Notes under the pieces: model-generated
The model's database searches: none
What the model saw: the letters and a program-made list of their open reading frames with translations, nothing else
Told to the model about the DNA's origin: nothing
Shown: piece after piece, positions 12,230 through 22,341 of the stretch
Position numbering within the stretch: the first letter of the stretch is position 1
Layout: each line of letters opens with the position of its first letter
Translations under genes and position numbers: made by a program
Origin: Actinomycetota bacterium
Lineage (GTDB): Bacteria > Actinomycetota > Nitriliruptoria > Nitriliruptorales > Nitriliruptoraceae
Direction: 5' to 3'
NCBI GenBank assembly: GCA_018335555.1
Contig: JAGXST010000221.1
Coordinates: 1 to 54,713 of the forward strand
Length of the DNA: 54,713 nucleotides

Positions 12230-13599
12230 GCGTGAGGAGTTCCGCCATGTACGAGCACTACGACCTGATCGTGATCGGCGCCGGCATGGCCGGTGTCTCC
12301 GCGGCCAACAAGGCCGGTACGGCAGGTTGGCGGGTGGGGATCGTCGATGCGCTGCCCTACGGCGGAACGTGTGCGCTGCGCGGGTGTGACCCCAAGAAGA
12401 TCCTGCGGCGCGGGGCCGAGATCGTCGACGCCGCCAGGCTGCTCGAGGGCAAGGGCATCGACGCCGGTGGGCTGGCGATCAACTGGGCCGAGCTGATGGC
12501 CCACAAGCGCGGGTTCACCGACCCGGTCCCCGGCAACATGGAACGCGGACTCGCCGGCAACGGTGTCGACACGCTGCACGGCACCGCGACCTTCACCGGA
12601 CCCGCCAAGCTCGAGGTCGACGGCCGTCCGGTGACCTCCGAGCGGTTCCTGATCGCCACCGGTGCCCGACCTCGGCCGCTGGACCTGCCTGGTGCCGAAC
12701 ATCTCGTGGACAGTACCGGCTTCCTCCACCTCGACGAACTACCCGGCCGGGTGCTGTTCGTCGGCGGCGGGTTCGTCAGCATGGAGTTCGCCCACATCGC
12801 CGCGCGTGCCGGCGCTGCGGTCACCGTCATCGACCGCGGCCAGCGGCCGCTCGGCAACTTCGATCCCGATCTGGTCGACCTGCTGGTCGAACGCTCCAGC
12901 GAGCTCGGTATCGACATCCGCTCCCGGACATCGGTCCTTCGCGTCGTGCCGGGACCGGGCGGCTACCAGGTCACCGTCGACCGCGACGGCACCGAGTCCA
13001 CGATCGAGGTCGACCTGGTCGTCCACGGCGCCGGGCGGGTGCCCGAACTGTCCCGACTGGATCTGGACGCGGCCGGGGTGGACACAGGCCGGCGCGGGGT
13101 GACGGTCGCGCCACACCTGCAGTCCACCACCAACCCTGCCGTGTGGGCTGCCGGCGACGCCGCCGACACCCCCGGCATGCCACTCACCCCGGTCGCGGTG
13201 TTCGAAGGCAAGGTCGCCACCTCCAACATGCTCAAAGACACCACGACCGCCCCGGACTACGACGGCGTGGCCACCGTCGTCTACACCATCCCCGAACTCG
13301 CCCGCGTCGGCCTGCTCGAGACCGACGCACGCCAGGCCGGGATCAACCTCGACGTCCGCTACCACGACACCAGCAGCTGGTTCTCCAACTACCGCACCGG
13401 CGAGCGCACGGCCGCCACCAAGATCCTCATCGACCGCGCCACCGACACCATCGTCGGCGCGCACATGTTCGGCCCCGAATACGGCGAACTCATCAACTTC
13501 CTCGCGCTGGCCATCAACCTCGGCCTCACCACCCGCCAGCTCAAGTCCATGACCGCCAGCTACCCCAGCATCACCTCCGACCTCGGCTCCATGCTCTGA
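12226..13599 (+). CDS. Class I pyridine nucleotide-disulfide oxidoreductase (glutathione/mercuric reductase-like)
   Basis: GAGMAG, GGTCALRGCDPKK, GGGFVSME; lacks the MerA C-terminal Cys-Cys. Alternative start 12247. Confidence 0.9.
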   Translation: MSVRSSAMYEHYDLIVIGAGMAGVSAANKAGTAGWRVGIVDALPYGGTCALRGCDPKKILRRGAEIVDAARLLEGKGIDAGGLAINWAELMAHKRGFTDPVPGNMERGLAGNGVDTLHGTATFTGPAKLEVDGRPVTSERFLIATGARPRPLDLPGAEHLVDSTGFLHLDELPGRVLFVGGGFVSMEFAHIAARAGAAVTVIDRGQRPLGNFDPDLVDLLVERSSELGIDIRSRTSVLRVVPGPGGYQVTVDRDGTESTIEVDLVVHGAGRVPELSRLDLDAAGVDTGRRGVTVAPHLQSTTNPAVWAAGDAADTPGMPLTPVAVFEGKVATSNMLKDTTTAPDYDGVATVVYTIPELARVGLLETDARQAGINLDVRYHDTSSWFSNYRTGERTAATKILIDRATDTIVGAHMFGPEYGELINFLALAINLGLTTRQLKSMTASYPSITSDLGSML

Positions 13600-13745
13600 C
13601 GCCGCGCCACGCGCGACGGCCCTATCGACCCGGAGGGGGCGGATGCATCGAAGTCGGCGACGGCGGCCCGGGGTCTCTGTAGCGGGGGTCGGTTCGCGTC
13701 CGAGGGTCGCGTCTGCCACGCTGCGCCGGCCCATCGTGGAGGTGT

Positions 13746-14681
13746 GTGATCGAGCGGTTGCGGGTCGTCGAGGACCGCCTCCTCGTCCTCGTCTTGGTGA
13801 CCGTGGTCGCGGGCCTCGCGGTGCCGACGGTGGGGCGAGCCCTGTCGGGTGCGGTCGCCCCGATGTTGGCGTTGCTGATGTTCGCGGTGTCGTTGTCCTT
13901 CGACTTCGCGGCCGTGCGTGTCGTGCTGCGCCGTCCGGGGCTGCAGGTGCTGGCCACCTTGCTCGTCTACGTGCCGATGAGTTTGATCGCGTTGGGGATC
14001 GCCCACCTGGTGTTCGGGTCCGGACCGCTGTGGCTGGGCGTGATCTTGCTGGGCGCGCTGCCCACGGACGTGTCGTCGCCGTTGTTGGTGTGGATCGCTC
14101 GCGGGAACGTGGCGTTGGCAACGGTGTTCAACGCGGTCAACACCGCGCTCGCGCCCGTGCTGGTTCCGCTGTTGTTCCTGGCCTACACCGGTATCCAGCT
14201 CGACGTCCCGGTCGCATCGCTGGTGGGCGAGCTTGCGGCAACGGTGCTGCTGCCCACCATCGCCGGGGTCGCGATCCGGAGCTGGCAGCCTCGACGCATC
14301 GCACGGATCGAGCCGGTCCTCTCGGCCACCGGTGCCCTCAGCTACCTCGCGCTGCTGCTGGCCGTGATCGGCCCCAACGCCGAGGCGATCATCGACGCGC
14401 CGGCCACGATGCTGCTCCTCGCCGCGGCCGGTCTGGCGCTCAACGTCAGCGGCTACGGCCTCGCGTTCGCCGCGCGACCGTTGCTCGCCGAGCGCGGTGA
14501 CCGGGTCGCGATGCTGTTCACCGTGAGCAAGAAGGAGTTCTCTATCGCCGCGATGGTGGTGTTCTCCAGCGGGCTACCCGCTGATGTCGCGCTCCCCGCA
14601 GTCATCTACGCCATCGTGCAGATGATCACCTCCCCTGCTGTCGCCAGCCGAGTCGCACGCTCAGCCGCTCTCGATGAATAG
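13746..14681 (+). CDS. Bile acid:sodium symporter / Acr3-like transporter
   Basis: About 10 TM helices, LALLMF, ARGNVALA motifs; GGAGG RBS. Confidence 0.85.
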   Translation: MIERLRVVEDRLLVLVLVTVVAGLAVPTVGRALSGAVAPMLALLMFAVSLSFDFAAVRVVLRRPGLQVLATLLVYVPMSLIALGIAHLVFGSGPLWLGVILLGALPTDVSSPLLVWIARGNVALATVFNAVNTALAPVLVPLLFLAYTGIQLDVPVASLVGELAATVLLPTIAGVAIRSWQPRRIARIEPVLSATGALSYLALLLAVIGPNAEAIIDAPATMLLLAAAGLALNVSGYGLAFAARPLLAERGDRVAMLFTVSKKEFSIAAMVVFSSGLPADVALPAVIYAIVQMITSPAVASRVARSAALDE

Positions 14682-14803
14682 CCTCGCTGAGCGCTACTAC
14701 GCCTCGCGCCGTCGATCGGCAACGCACGGAAACGCCGGTGATCCACTTGTCGGAGTTCACTCGTGGCTCGGTCTACGGTCGCGGCTGGGACGATGGGGAG
14801 TCC

Positions 14804-15100
14804 ATGCAGGTCACGTTGCTGTACTTCGACGGTTGCCCGAACTGGGAGACCACCTTCCAGCAGCTCGAGACGCTCTCCGCGGAGCTCGAGTTCGACCTGG
14901 AGCGCCGCCAGGTCGACACATCGGCGGACGCCGAGCGTTTGGCCTTCCGCGGCTCCCCGACGGTCTTGGTGGATGGCCGCGACCCCTTCGCGACCGGTGA
15001 CGAACCGGTGGGGTTGTCCTGTCGGGTGTACGCCACGGACGCGGGGCTGGTCGGTGCCCCGACCGAGCAACAGCTTGTAGGGGTGCTGGCCTCCCGCTGA
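14804..15100 (+). CDS. Second thioredoxin-like protein (paralogue of 11730-12020)
   Basis: YFDGCPNW, GSPTVLVDGRDPFATGDEP, CRVYATD. Confidence 0.85.
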   Translation: MQVTLLYFDGCPNWETTFQQLETLSAELEFDLERRQVDTSADAERLAFRGSPTVLVDGRDPFATGDEPVGLSCRVYATDAGLVGAPTEQQLVGVLASR

Positions 15101-15178
15101 CCCCTCACCCGTGCAGAACACCCGGATCATCTACCTGGCTGTGGCGGTTATGGCACGGAGCCGGCTCCGGTTCGGGGC

Positions 15179-15583
15179 TTACGAGGCAGCTTCCACGAGT
15201 CGGCAGTAGCGGGGGGCCGGGTTGCCCGGTGCCTCGCTGGGCTGGTGGGCAGTGTCGAGCAGTCGGTGTAGTTCGTCGCGAAGCGCAGCCAGCTCGCGGA
15301 TGTGGCGGTCGATGTCACGTAGCTGCCGGTGCACGACGTCGAGGACGTAGTCGCACGGCTGTTCGCCACGTTCGCGTAGGTGAAGGACCTGGCGGATCTC
15401 ATCGAGGCTCAGTCCGAGACGTCGGCCGGTGCGGATGAACTCGAGCCGATCGATGTCTTCGTCGGTGTAGTCGCGGTAGCCCGCCGGTGTCCGTGGCACG
15501 GCAGGTATCAGCTCGATCGACTCGTAGTAGCGGATCGTCTTGGTGTTGATACCGAGCTCGTCTGCGACCTGACCGATCCGCAT
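15179..15583 (-). CDS. MerR-family heavy-metal-responsive regulator
   Basis: MRIGQVA..TIRYYE..GYRDY; PCDY and YCRL cysteines. Confidence 0.92.
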   Translation of the reverse strand: MRIGQVADELGINTKTIRYYESIELIPAVPRTPAGYRDYTDEDIDRLEFIRTGRRLGLSLDEIRQVLHLRERGEQPCDYVLDVVHRQLRDIDRHIRELAALRDELHRLLDTAHQPSEAPGNPAPRYCRLVEAAS

Positions 15584-15622
15584 GTGACCTCCCGAACGTG
15601 GCGGCTGACGACACGGTAGGGG

Positions 15623-15637
15623 TTCCAGTTGCTGGAA
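15623..15637. promoter_or_regulatory. Probable MerR operator dyad
   Basis: TTCCAG-TTG-CTGGAA, same half-site as the dyad at 11672-11689, between merR and the divergent MFS gene. Confidence 0.55.
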
Positions 15638-15697
15638 GCTCCAGGTGCTGCACGGTCCCTACCCTCCCGAGGTTCCGCCCCCTGTGAGGTGACCGTC

Positions 15698-16921
15698 GTG
15701 CCGTCCTATCCGGACCGTCAGGGTCTGCGCTCGGTGCTGTCGCGTCCGGCGTACCGGCGGCTGTGGACCGCCCAGACCGTCTCGCGCTGGGGGGATGTGT
15801 TCAACACCGTCGCGCTGGCCGTGCTGGTGTTCCAGCTCACCGGTTCAGGCATCGGGGTGACCGGTGTTGTGGTGGCCGAGATCATCCCGGTCCTGCTGCT
15901 GGCACCGGTGGCGGGCGCGGTCATCGACCGGTTGCCGCCGGTCAAGGTCATGATCGCCGCCGACGTGTGGCGGATGGGACTAGCACTACTACTGCCCTTC
16001 GTCGCGGACCCGGTCCTGGCCGTCTACGCGATCGCGTTCGGACTCTCAGCCGGTGCGGTCTTCTTCAACCCCGCGTCCCAGGCCACCCTCCCGGCGATCG
16101 TCGACGAACGCGAACTGATCGCCGGCAACTCTGGACTGTGGACCGCCGCGGTGATCTCCCAGATCGTGCTGGCCCCCCTGGCCGGCGGCATGGTCGCGAT
16201 CCTCGGGGTCACCCCGGCGTTCCTGCTCAACGCCGCCACCTACGCCGTCTCCGCGGTCGTGCTCCTACGCATCATCCACGTGGCCCCCGCTGCGGTCGAC
16301 GACGCCACCGAACAGCGCTCCTGGTGGTCGCGTGCGGCCGAGGGGGTCCAGGTCATCGCCACCACCCCGTTGCTGCGGCTCATGGCCTCAGTGCAGGCGC
16401 TCGCGGCGCTCTCTGCCGGTGCCACCAGCGCACTGCTGATCGTGCTGGCCACCGACCACCTCGCTGTCGGCGCGGACGGGTTCGGGATGCTCCTGTCGGC
16501 CATCGGGGTCGGAGCCGCCATCGGCCCCCTGGTGCTGACCAAGCTGGTCTCCGACCCGCGAAGGGTCGGGTTCGTGTTCGGCCCCTTCGTGCTGCGCGGC
16601 CTGGTCGACCTCGTGCTCGCCACCTTCCGCAGCCTGCCCGTCGCACTCGGTGCGCTCGGCTTCTACGGCGTGGGCACATCGACCGGCATGGTCACCTTCA
16701 ACTCGCTGCTACAAGCCGAGACCACCGACCAGACCCGCGGGCGCGTCTTCGCCAGCTTCGACGCGATCTGGCAGCTCGGCCGGCTCGTCTCCCTCGGCAT
16801 CGGCGGATTACTCACCGACGCGATCGGCATCGCGGCGGTGTACTACCTCGGCGGCATCCTGCTGCTGCTCGCCGGACTCGCGGGGCTCACCCGCGCCCGA
16901 CCACCCAGCACCACTGGCTGA
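15698..16921 (+). CDS. MFS transporter (H+ antiporter type)
   Basis: About 12 TM helices, AGAVIDR, MIAAD, RGRVF motifs; start uncertain (15629-15698). Confidence 0.9.
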   Translation: MPSYPDRQGLRSVLSRPAYRRLWTAQTVSRWGDVFNTVALAVLVFQLTGSGIGVTGVVVAEIIPVLLLAPVAGAVIDRLPPVKVMIAADVWRMGLALLLPFVADPVLAVYAIAFGLSAGAVFFNPASQATLPAIVDERELIAGNSGLWTAAVISQIVLAPLAGGMVAILGVTPAFLLNAATYAVSAVVLLRIIHVAPAAVDDATEQRSWWSRAAEGVQVIATTPLLRLMASVQALAALSAGATSALLIVLATDHLAVGADGFGMLLSAIGVGAAIGPLVLTKLVSDPRRVGFVFGPFVLRGLVDLVLATFRSLPVALGALGFYGVGTSTGMVTFNSLLQAETTDQTRGRVFASFDAIWQLGRLVSLGIGGLLTDAIGIAAVYYLGGILLLLAGLAGLTRARPPSTTG

Positions 16922-17056
16922 CACCAACCGCGATGATGACCCCGCAGGTGGCTCAGATCGGCCAACCACAGCCGTGCGCTAACGCCCGTTGGAGCTACCC
17001 GAGAACGCACCATGAACGCGAATGGTCGACTGTCCTGGGGACGACGGAGACGTCTG

Positions 17057-18466
17057 CTACATGAAGTAGGAGTAGCGCGACTGCACCGCATCATGTTCGG
17101 TCAGATGGCGAAGGATCGTTCCGACTCGGCGCGCGGTATGGATCGTGATGGGCTCGCGTCCATCCAAGCTCGAGTTGTTCCAGTTCATCTTGGTCAGAGC
17201 GAGCACCTCGGCCGCCAGTTCGGCCGGCGAGGTCTCGACATCCTCCATGCGCAACGCGATCGGACTTGGCACGTACATGCCTGGGTATGTTCCGTACCAC
17301 GGCACCATGCCGTTCGTGTAGACGGTGAGTTCATCGGCTGCGGTTTCCAGGGCAGTACCTCGTAGCGGAGGGTGATCGCCGCTGCGGAAGAGCCGGTAGG
17401 TCGAGCCGCGCTGGATCCAAACCATGTCGGTCACGGAGATGGACTGCTCGTCGGCGGCGGACCTGAGACCCGCGACCTCCTCCTGCCTGAAGCGCGACGT
17501 CTTGTGGACGACGATCCGGGCCGGCGACGTCAGATGCGTGTCCCGATACCGCTGTAGCGCTGCGATGAGTAGGTCGTGGGCCGCACTCTCGTCCAAGAAG
17601 GGCTGGCGTCCCTGCTTGCTGATCTTGGCCGGGCCTCCCCGAACGACGACGCCGTCGCCACGCTCGTTGAAGACCTGAGCCACGGACGTGTGGAGTGACT
17701 CGCGACCGAGCGTTTCGTAGAACGAAATGCCCACGAAGCAAGTCATCAGCTCGGTTGCTGAACGAGGAAGACGCCAGGGTGTACCGCCGGCCTTGTAGTA
17801 AAGTGCGGGGAATAGGTTCCAAGCCCGCGTAGCGGCGTCCTGGGCTGGCGATGATGAGCCGCGCTTCGCGGTCTTCTTGCCGGTCCAGAGGGTTTCAGTG
17901 ATCACCTGGGTGTGGGTGCTCGCCCCCATGGCCTTGGCCTTCAGGAGGTCATGAAACTCAGGTGATCGAGGCTCGCGTCGCGAGCGGACCGTGTCCGGTG
18001 AAGCCGCCATGCCGGCCGGCTTGATGCACAAGATCACGTCCGCGCTCGCGGACTCAGACATCGCCCGGAGGTGATCAGCGAAGAGTCGGGACAGTTGGAT
18101 CGTTGACTCGGGTTCAGCAAGATTGAGAGCGCTCGTGATGTCCTTGCGTGGAATCGGATGAACTAGGCTGTCCACGATCCTGAAGTCACACCGCAGTGGG
18201 CCGTACTCGTCGCAGACTGGGAACGCCCGGAAGAGGTTCCTGTACGGGCTCTCCTTCCGGTGTAGACCGGACATGGCGTTCGTTATCCACTCAAGACAGG
18301 ACGCCACATCCTGGCGCTCGCCCAATAGCCCAAGTCGGACGGACTTGGGTGCCTCCGGTGTCCCCAGATCGGAAGGGCCGTAGTCACTGAGCCCCACGCG
18401 AGGATCAACGTGGTTCCGGCCATCGCCGAACTGCAGTTCTGGCTCAGCCAGGTGCATGGCCCTCAT
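17057..18466 (-). CDS. Short prokaryotic Argonaute (MID-PIWI, catalytically inactive)
   Basis: EPELQFG..DPRVGL..YGP N-terminus, LYYKAGGTPW, CFVGISF, IVVHKTS, LTKMNWN, terminal YFM; Ser/Thr where slicer Asp residues are expected. Confidence 0.93.
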   Translation of the reverse strand: MRAMHLAEPELQFGDGRNHVDPRVGLSDYGPSDLGTPEAPKSVRLGLLGERQDVASCLEWITNAMSGLHRKESPYRNLFRAFPVCDEYGPLRCDFRIVDSLVHPIPRKDITSALNLAEPESTIQLSRLFADHLRAMSESASADVILCIKPAGMAASPDTVRSRREPRSPEFHDLLKAKAMGASTHTQVITETLWTGKKTAKRGSSSPAQDAATRAWNLFPALYYKAGGTPWRLPRSATELMTCFVGISFYETLGRESLHTSVAQVFNERGDGVVVRGGPAKISKQGRQPFLDESAAHDLLIAALQRYRDTHLTSPARIVVHKTSRFRQEEVAGLRSAADEQSISVTDMVWIQRGSTYRLFRSGDHPPLRGTALETAADELTVYTNGMVPWYGTYPGMYVPSPIALRMEDVETSPAELAAEVLALTKMNWNNSSLDGREPITIHTARRVGTILRHLTEHDAVQSRYSYFM

Positions 18467-19749
18467 AGGAAGTCCAAAGTGTCGTCGTCAAGCGCAGCGT
18501 CCGTCGCGGCAGCCTTTGTGGGGAGTGTCGAGTCGTCGTAGCTGACCTGGATCGGGACGGTCTCAACCGGTCCGAACCGAAGGCGCCGCGGTGGCGCGTC
18601 ATCCAGCAGTGACAGTTGGTTGCTCGAGAAGTAGCTCGACCAGAAGGCCAAGGTGCTGCGGACGGCCCCGTGTCGTTCCAGTCGCTTGATCCCCGACTTG
18701 AGCGCAGCAGCGTTCCAGTGCTTCGTGTAGCCATCGACTGTGAAGCGGTACTCCGGCTGGATCGCCATGAACCATTCGTTCTCGACATCAACGAATCTGA
18801 GCTCGGCCGCGTGGTGGCGGATGTAGCCACCCTTGTTCACGACAACCGTGCGCTTCCGCCCGTCCGGCGTCTTGACTACCCGGTCGATCGCGCCATCGAG
18901 AGGTCGGAAATAGTTCAGCCGGTCCTCCCTGTCGTAGCCGAGATCCGAGAACTCCCGCCCCAGCAGCATCCGCAACAGACGCATGAAGCGATAGCGCTGA
19001 TCCTCGGTCCCAGCAGCCCAGCCAGCGGACTCGTCCACCTCCACATCCCCGGAGCACAGGACCTCTAGCGGAGGCTGCTTCAGTGATTCGAAGCTGTAGA
19101 TCATCTCGTCGAGCAGCAAGTAGCTAACCGGAACGCGCGTTCGGCCATGACTTGCAAGGCGGGCGCGAGACTGCGGGAACGTCTTGATATTCGTCGGGGC
19201 AAAGTAAAGCTTCTCGGGGAAGGAGGTGACCGGCAGCAGGTTGGTCGACAACGTCTCCGGGACCGTCCGAGTCGTGATTGCAGGTGCGGCGCTGGGGGCT
19301 CCGAGTGCCAACCAGTCCAGGCCGGTCGTCGCCAACTCCAAACGGTCGGACACTTTGTGGAACTCGACACGACCGGTCTCACGGACGGCCGGATCGCGGA
19401 ACCACGACGTAACGTCTTTCCACCAGGCCTCCTTGGTCGCTCGCTTGACGACGAGGAGCAAGACCGGGACGTCGGCGTTGAGCCAGTAGTCGATGTGGTC
19501 TTGCTCGCAGACGAAGTAGAAGGATTCACTCGTCTCGCCCCGGAGGTCGCTTCGACCCTTCACCTGGGCGAGGAGCAGCTTGTTGAGCGCCCGGCGAGTG
19601 ACGGGGTCGACGAGTTCGATCTCCCCATCGACTCCGAAGTCCTGCTGTCCTCGCGGATGCCAGACGTGCCCAAGTTCGGCCACGAGTCCGTGGATGGTCG
19701 CGATTGCCGTCTCGCCCGTCTGGGCGCCGTGCGTGTACGTCTTCGGCAT
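18463..19749 (-). CDS. DUF4365 (DREN) nuclease-APAZ fusion, pAgo partner
   Basis: QDFGVDGEIE..AQVKG PD-(D/E)xK motif; ETLSTNLLPV..HHAAELRF..IQPEYRFTVDG APAZ-like region; ATGA overlap with pAgo. Confidence 0.88.
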   Translation of the reverse strand: MPKTYTHGAQTGETAIATIHGLVAELGHVWHPRGQQDFGVDGEIELVDPVTRRALNKLLLAQVKGRSDLRGETSESFYFVCEQDHIDYWLNADVPVLLLVVKRATKEAWWKDVTSWFRDPAVRETGRVEFHKVSDRLELATTGLDWLALGAPSAAPAITTRTVPETLSTNLLPVTSFPEKLYFAPTNIKTFPQSRARLASHGRTRVPVSYLLLDEMIYSFESLKQPPLEVLCSGDVEVDESAGWAAGTEDQRYRFMRLLRMLLGREFSDLGYDREDRLNYFRPLDGAIDRVVKTPDGRKRTVVVNKGGYIRHHAAELRFVDVENEWFMAIQPEYRFTVDGYTKHWNAAALKSGIKRLERHGAVRSTLAFWSSYFSSNQLSLLDDAPPRRLRFGPVETVPIQVSYDDSTLPTKAAATDAALDDDTLDFL

Positions 19750-20064
19750 CTGCGTGCCTTGCTGCGAGTGAGAGAGGCCTACGAGACCACATCCCTGTGA
19801 CATCCATCTCGCGTAGTTACCCCAGTGTGCTTCATCTGGGGGCTCCCGTCGACCGAATCTGGCTTGCTCCCCCATGCGGAGGTCGGCCGCCCGCGACGCA
19901 ACAAGCGCCCGCTCGCGCGCATCCCACATCGCCCGCTGCCGAAACCCGGTGGGCAGAGCGACACGGGCCTGTGCATAGGGACCTGTGAAGCCGCCCGGCG
20001 GCGCCGGAGACCCAGACGATATGCTATCCGTTCGGATAGCTCGCCTGCAGTCCTGGAGCTCGAC

Positions 20065-20568
20065 GTGTCCCCGGGAACCTTGATCCGCTCGGCCCGGCAA
20101 GCCAGCAGACTGTCTCAGCGTGGGCTCGCAGAGCTGGCTGAGACCTCCGGCCCGACGGTGGCCGCCTACGAGGCGGGAACCAAGGATCCGCGGACGTCAA
20201 CGCTGCTCCGGTTGCTCGCGGCCGCCGGCTGGGACATCCAGCTCGTCGCACGACGGCCGGCAGCGGACCGATTCCGGGACCTGCTGGCCGCTGCGGTCGC
20301 CGAGAAGATCGCGACCGATCCAGCGCTCCTCGACCGTGCCATCCAGGTCATGGACGGAGACGTCTGGCGCTCCGCCTACGAGCAGCAGTGGCGAGCGCTG
20401 ATCGCCGCGGGCACTGTCGCGGTCATCGGCGTGCTCACCTCCCCGCATCCCGACACCCTGGCGTTGAAGGCGGACTCACCGTTCACGATGCTCGGGCTGG
20501 TCGGAGACGACGAACGGCAGCGACTGCTCGCCGAGACGCGCGCTGCGAGTCTGGGTGTCGCCCGGTGA
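20065..20568 (+). CDS. XRE HTH protein, antitoxin-like
   Basis: LIRSARQASRLSQRGLA..VAAYEAG..P HTH; C-terminal QWRAL..LKADSPF; GGAG RBS. Confidence 0.8.
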   Translation: MSPGTLIRSARQASRLSQRGLAELAETSGPTVAAYEAGTKDPRTSTLLRLLAAAGWDIQLVARRPAADRFRDLLAAAVAEKIATDPALLDRAIQVMDGDVWRSAYEQQWRALIAAGTVAVIGVLTSPHPDTLALKADSPFTMLGLVGDDERQRLLAETRAASLGVAR

Positions 20569-20859
20569 CGGAGCGCGGGCTCGAGGTGGTGAACGGCGGC
20601 AGGACGTGCCCGGCCCACCCGGCCAGGCAGCAACGCCCGCTGCAGCGCGCTCGCGAGGCCCGGCGACTTGTGCCCAATGCCATCACACGGGTGCAGCGCC
20701 CCGGCATCAGCAGCCAGTCGAGTGCGATTCGTGAGCGACGGCCGGCCTAGCTCATGACGGCGGGAAGAGCTCGGGGCTCCTATGCGGGGATTGCCCCGCC
20801 GGACCGACAAGGGACGGTGAAGGGCAACAGACCCACTACGCCGACCGAAGGCTCGCATC

Positions 20860-21183
20860 GTGACCGTGCACTTCAAGATCTCCGACTGCTCTGATGACCC
20901 GTTCGACCCCGACTCGTGGACGTTCCTGTCCGGCAAGGTGGAGGGCCGGTGGACCGCACTATCGGGCGCCACGGTTGCCGCCGCACGCCGGGCCCTTCAA
21001 CTGGCTGAGGACCCCAACTCCGACGTCTACTCGGTCGACGTCACGATGTACCTGGATGATGGATCGGCAGGCATGGGCGTGGCTTCTTTCCACGTGTGGC
21101 ACGACCATGGCGACGATCGGCGCTGGCGTGACGCCCTCGAGGCCAGCATCAGCGACTCGGCGACTCAGATCACCCGAGCCTGA
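20860..21183 (+). CDS. Hypothetical protein
   Basis: 107-aa ORF with plausible composition, no motif recognised. Confidence 0.5.
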   Translation: MTVHFKISDCSDDPFDPDSWTFLSGKVEGRWTALSGATVAAARRALQLAEDPNSDVYSVDVTMYLDDGSAGMGVASFHVWHDHGDDRRWRDALEASISDSATQITRA

Positions 21184-21409
21184 GTTCGGCAGCCAGTGTT
21201 GCTGTTCTACTCACAAAGCGACGCGGCGACCATCGACTCGTCGGCCGACCCCGCAGTGACCTGCGGCCAGCTGGTGTCCGCCAACTACTCGGGCGGGTCC
21301 AACGGGTGGCATCCGGGTAGCCGGAACGGATGGGGAGACGGCGGGACGTGGTAGTTGTGAGGTGCGTGAACCACCCGTTAGCTACCCCGAAGTAGCGGTG
21401 GCTGGTGGG

Positions 21410-21982
21410 TCACTTCAGGTCGGCGACTTCTGCCTTGCCCGCCGCCGCGAACGCGCCGGCGTCATGCGGCAGCCCGACACGCATGAAGAAGCGGGCGAAC
21501 GCCTGCGCGAAGTGCTCCTTGTACGGCGAGCGCATCCTGAGCCGCTGACGGGAACCGGGTTGCGTCGTGAAGTGGTCCAGGTGGGCGCGGTCCACGGTGT
21601 AGAGCTCGCGGAAGTCGCAGACCGACCATGGCAACGCCGGCGCTTCGGTGCGTTCGTGCAGCAGCGTCAGTGGTGGGATGTCGCCCCGGATCAGGTTGGT
21701 GACGTACGCGCTGCTCTTGACGGCACTGTTCCCAGCAGCGAACTGGGCCGAAGCGAAGTCGCGCCACGAGACGACACGGGCGAGCAGGACGCTTCGGACC
21801 TTGGTGTTCTCGAGGTCGCACGTCTGCGTCACGACGATCGCGTCGATGAGGTCCACACGGTAGGTCACCTCGGGCCGGTCACCTTCGACGGTGAGGTGGG
21901 TGACGGTGGGCACGGGGAGCTTGAACAGCAGGTCGCCCTGCTCGTGACCCACCGCAGAGACGCGCGTCCACCAATCAGACAA
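21410..21982 (-). CDS. Conserved protein, possible PemK/MazF-like toxin
   Basis: QGDLL, VVTQTCDL, DFREL, SPYKEHFAQAFARFFMRVGLP; TTG start overlapping the upstream HTH gene. Confidence 0.7.
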   Translation of the reverse strand: MSDWWTRVSAVGHEQGDLLFKLPVPTVTHLTVEGDRPEVTYRVDLIDAIVVTQTCDLENTKVRSVLLARVVSWRDFASAQFAAGNSAVKSSAYVTNLIRGDIPPLTLLHERTEAPALPWSVCDFRELYTVDRAHLDHFTTQPGSRQRLRMRSPYKEHFAQAFARFFMRVGLPHDAGAFAAAGKAEVADLK

Positions 21983-22331
21983 CCGCCGTCTCCACAGCCC
22001 AGACTTCCCGGTCCTCTTCGGTGTCGTACGCAGACACCGGGGCCTCACCGACTGCGGTCAGTGCGCAGGTGACGGTCACGCTGAACTGCGGCTCGACCTG
22101 CACGTACGGCGTGTCGAGGGTCTCGTCGTCGGACGTGTCGGCCGCCGGGTCGTCCTGTTCGTTGTTCGAGTCTCCTGTGAGCGCTGCGACGGCTTCGTTG
22201 ATGTCGAAGCGTCGGTGCCCGCCAGGTGTGGTGTCGAACGGCACCCGGCGCTGCCGCGCGTATTTGCGTATGGTCGCTGGTCCGACGTGCAGAGCCCGCG
22301 CGACCTCTTCTGTCGTGGCGGTCCTGGGCAT
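21975..22331 (-). CDS. BldC/excisionase-like HTH protein with acidic tail
   Basis: TTEEVARALHVGPATIRKYA..TPGGHRRF; GGAG RBS. Confidence 0.8.
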   Translation of the reverse strand: MPRTATTEEVARALHVGPATIRKYARQRRVPFDTTPGGHRRFDINEAVAALTGDSNNEQDDPAADTSDDETLDTPYVQVEPQFSVTVTCALTAVGEAPVSAYDTEEDREVWAVETAVV

Positions 22332-22341
22332 GACGGACTCC

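Noticed and set aside
12226-13599. merA
   Set aside because: No C-terminal Cys-Cys and the active-site motif is CALRGCDPKK, so symbol withheld
17057-18466. Argonaute-guided transposition
   Set aside because: The pAgo is coupled to its own nuclease-APAZ partner and lies several kb from the tns operon; cargo is the simpler explanation
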